Below are positions 60,801 through 64,000 of a stretch of DNA of 64,000 nt, piece by piece (within the stretch, counting starts at the first letter, position 1; the number at the start of each line of letters is the position of its first letter). The stretch is from the human T2T-CHM13v2.0 reference genome, Homo sapiens. The notes under the pieces were generated by a model. It made no database searches. It was not told the DNA's origin and was given only the letters and a program-made list of their open reading frames with translations. The stretch is taken from assembly GCF_009914755.1 (NCBI RefSeq), contig NC_060925.1. The stretch is one strand, 5' to 3'. Position numbers and translations under genes: made by a program.

Positions 60801-63229
60801 ACCTGTCAGACCATCCACACTCCCCAATTGTCTTTCCCTGCCACATGTCCATCTTCACTGAGAAACTGGTTTCCTGGATTACACAGGCCCTATTTGTCTC
60901 TCATAGGTGCACCTGCTTCTCAGAAATGGAGTGATCTTTGGCCTTCTTTGTCCTTGGACTTGATGAGGTGGTTGGCTGTGAGCTAGGTCATAGGTACTCC
61001 TCTCCAGGGGTCTCCATCAGGGAGATTCTAGAGAAGGGTCATTGCCTGGTGAACAGGTCACCTGCTTTGGAGACACAATGCCTATCTGTCTCTCGTGCCA
61101 CTTCCATTCTCGGGCTTTATGAGCTTGAGCAAGTCGTGTGACTGCTCCAAGTTTCAATTTTCAGATCTGTGAAGTGAGGACTATTTATAGTGAGAATGAA
61201 ATATATGCAATAGCATTTCATAAGCTACAAAGTGGCACATAATTGATGGGAAGGTATCAGTATTGTTAATACATCAAATATAAAGAAGCACCTGGTGTTC
61301 ATTTCCTCATGGGCCAGAGGTTCATTATGGGCCATCCAGCTGTGGGGTCTTCTTTCCTCCTCCATCTTCCTCAGCCTCAGCCTTAGCAGGGGTGCAAGTG
61401 GGAGGGTGGGTCATCACTGGGTGCTAAATTAATTGTTGAACTGAGCAGAATTGAGGATGCTTGGGTGACTCTGAGTGACAAATCCCATGGTGGCATTTGT
61501 GGTGCATCTTCTTGACCCAGGGTATAGATGAGTACAATTGCTTCATGCAGATGATCAGTGACTCCCAGGGAATGGTCAACCCTGCTTTCCAGAGTGGGGC
61601 TGACTAGGATGTGAATCGAGATCTCAATCCCCTAGGATCCATGAGGATTCCTAAAATATTTCTTGGTTTTTCCTGTGTTGTGTGGTCCCTGAAACTAGAC
61701 CCTAAGAAACCAGAGGGGATTCAGGGGTTGGAACAATCCACCTGGATACAGCAGCTGGACCTGAAGCTTCAGAGGCAAGCATCACAGTCCAAGGTCAAGG
61801 CAGGCTGGCCTGAGCAGGGCTGGAGCATGGGGCTGCGGAACTAGGGTGGATAAAGCCACATAATAGGGTGCAGCTAGGGTCAACTGAAACTCACAGAGCT
61901 GGATTAGCACTACTAGGGTCAGAGCCAGAAGGAGAGGAGGCACTCAACAGAACCAGGTATGAATCCCACAAGTTCCAGGGGTCTGGATGTGAGTGTGCCA
62001 GCCAAAAGCTATGGGCCTTGGGGGTTAGAATCCCTGCACCAAGGCCCTAAAGATAAATCAGTAAGTCTATATTGAAAAAAAAGTTTTTTTCTGATTAGAA
62101 AATCTATACATATTTATTATAGAATAACTAGAACATACAGAAAGATTGTATTTTTAATTACTGATTTTGGTGGGGTTTTTTCCACTTTTTAATCTGTGTT
62201 AATTTCCATAATTGAGATTGCACCCTATTTCGAATGAATACTTTAAACCAACAAGTCCTTGGTCTTGCTATCTCCGGGGAAGCACTGCCCAATGACTGTG
62301 CCCCGACTCGGGCAGGCCCAGAAGACAGGTCTAAGGTTGACTTCAGTCTGCATTGGAAGCCGGGCTGCATTGTCAAGCAAGTCAGACATGCCTGGCCTGG
62401 CCAGGCAGTGGTGGGAGCTGGGCAGTTCCCAACAAGGGAAAAGCTTCTGTATTTTCCCCTCTGCCCTGGCACCAAGCACACATCTCTGTCAGTGGAGGAG
62501 CCTTGGTAAGTGTTGACGAGGTGACCAGCTTCCTCTCCATTAACAGGTGTGCAGAATTGTGTCTAAACCCCACAGCTCTTGTAGGGGGCATTTTGTTTGG
62601 TCCTGATTAGAATAATGAACTGGGCTGATTAGAGAAAGTCCTGTGGGAGGGAAAGGTCTGCTCTCCCTGACTCTGGGGTTTCTGACCAATCTGAACAGCA
62701 GGGCCCTTGGGCCAGTGGACCTGAAGGTTGGGGGAAGAGAAATGTCAGCAAGGATGGGAGTTACAGGACTGGAGGCCCAGCAGACAGGCTACATAGGGAT
62801 GCAAACCCCCTGCTTCCCATTCTCTACCCAGCACCAGCCAGTTGCCGCCAGAGTATCAGAAGCTTCAAAGTGGGCTGGAACGGACAGTGGCCAAGTGTGA
62901 GTGGAGCACAGTAACCACTGGCTTCTGTCTGGAGCACGTGCTCAGAAAGAGCTTCAGATACTTGGAAACTAAGCAAAAAATATCAAGCTGAAGACCCTGG
63001 AGGGTGACTCAAGCCAGAGGGCTCTAGTAGTGTTGTATCTGTCAGCAGACCTGGGGGGCCTGGGGAGGATGGGTTCTTGCCCTCTAGAGAGATTCTTGGA
63101 GTAATTCTCACCCGAAACACTATAAGCAGACCTCAAGGCTCAGATTTGTGGATGCTATTTTGGGCTTATGAAACCACTGTCGAAGACCTTATATTAAGAA
63201 TACTTGAAGTAGAAGACAAGACTGTGCCA

Positions 63230-63520
63230 TAGGTGTGGAGCTTGGGAATCATACAGCTCTGGATTAGCACTACTAGGGTCAGAGCCAGAAGGAGAGGAGG
63301 CACTCAACAGAATCTAGTCTGGAATCTAGTCTGAGTGTACTAGCTGTGGCAGTGTGCAAGCAATGTATTTTCTCTGAGCTTCCGTTTTCTCATCTGTAAC
63401 ATGGAGATACTTAATAATGGCATTGATCTCACAGGGTGGTTTTAAGCACTTAATATATAATAGATATTAAGTATTTAACATAAGGCCTAGCACAAAATAA
63501 GTGCCCTAAAAAAAGTATTA
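63230..63520 (+). mobile_element. MIR carrying a templated insertion
   Basis: MIR motifs (ctggatt..gaatc, tactagctgtg, ttttctcatctgtaa) are split by foreign sequence at ~63266-63309. Confidence 0.7.
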
Positions 63521-64000
63521 GTCTGACTGATAGTGTTTTCTGAGGTGCCATGTGGAACTCAAGGTGAATGAGCTCTTACCATCAGAAGTGTATGATATGA
63601 CTCTCCTGGGTAATTCATAAGCATGGGATGGAATTGGTTTTTATAAAAATCTATGATGTCAGTTCCTGGAGCAGTGTCCTCCGAAGCTGAGAAAATGGCC
63701 TTAATTGACCACCACTGAGCAGGGTAAAATGGCAGCTGGGAGCAATGGGATCTGTTTGCACCCTTTCGCTCCACACATTTTCCCCTGGCACTGCTGCACT
63801 TGAATTTGCAAAGAGTAGCATTTTTTTTTCAACATTTCTATAGGCTGGGCCTGGGAACATAGGGTCCATCAGGCCCTTCTTCTCTAAGCAGTGAGTAAGG
63901 TGAAAAACAATGCTGAGAGTTTCAGGGCATTATTGGGGTTAAACAGCTGTCACAATGCAGGAAGCCATAGCTTCCATGGTGCCTATGGCCTTGCATCATT

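Overview
Human genomic DNA (a human-specific AluYb8-type element is present) lying entirely inside the tenascin-R gene (TNR) on the minus strand. Twelve consecutive coding exons can be assembled by hand, from the ATG at 44772 down to 734. All have GT-AG boundaries and give one unbroken frame of 2854 nt (951 codons + 1 nt): signal peptide and tenascin assembly domain, 4.5 EGF-like repeats, and FNIII repeats 1-7. These include the 270-nt FNIII-6 exon known to be alternatively spliced. The gene continues beyond both window edges, and 44836-64000 is 5'UTR intron. The rest is intronic DNA with 11 Alu copies or fragments, MaLR/ERV solo LTRs, a MER63 DNA transposon, L2/MIR/CR1 relics and microsatellites. 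I found no CRISPR, rRNA or tRNA, and no convincing new biological system. The most unusual signals are three exact short dispersed duplications of 54, 26 and 24 bp that look like templated insertions, a short uORF just before the TNR start codon, a young AluYb8-like insertion and three apparent missense alleles. Repeat subfamily names and exon numbers are from recalled consensus sequences and annotation, and need confirming.
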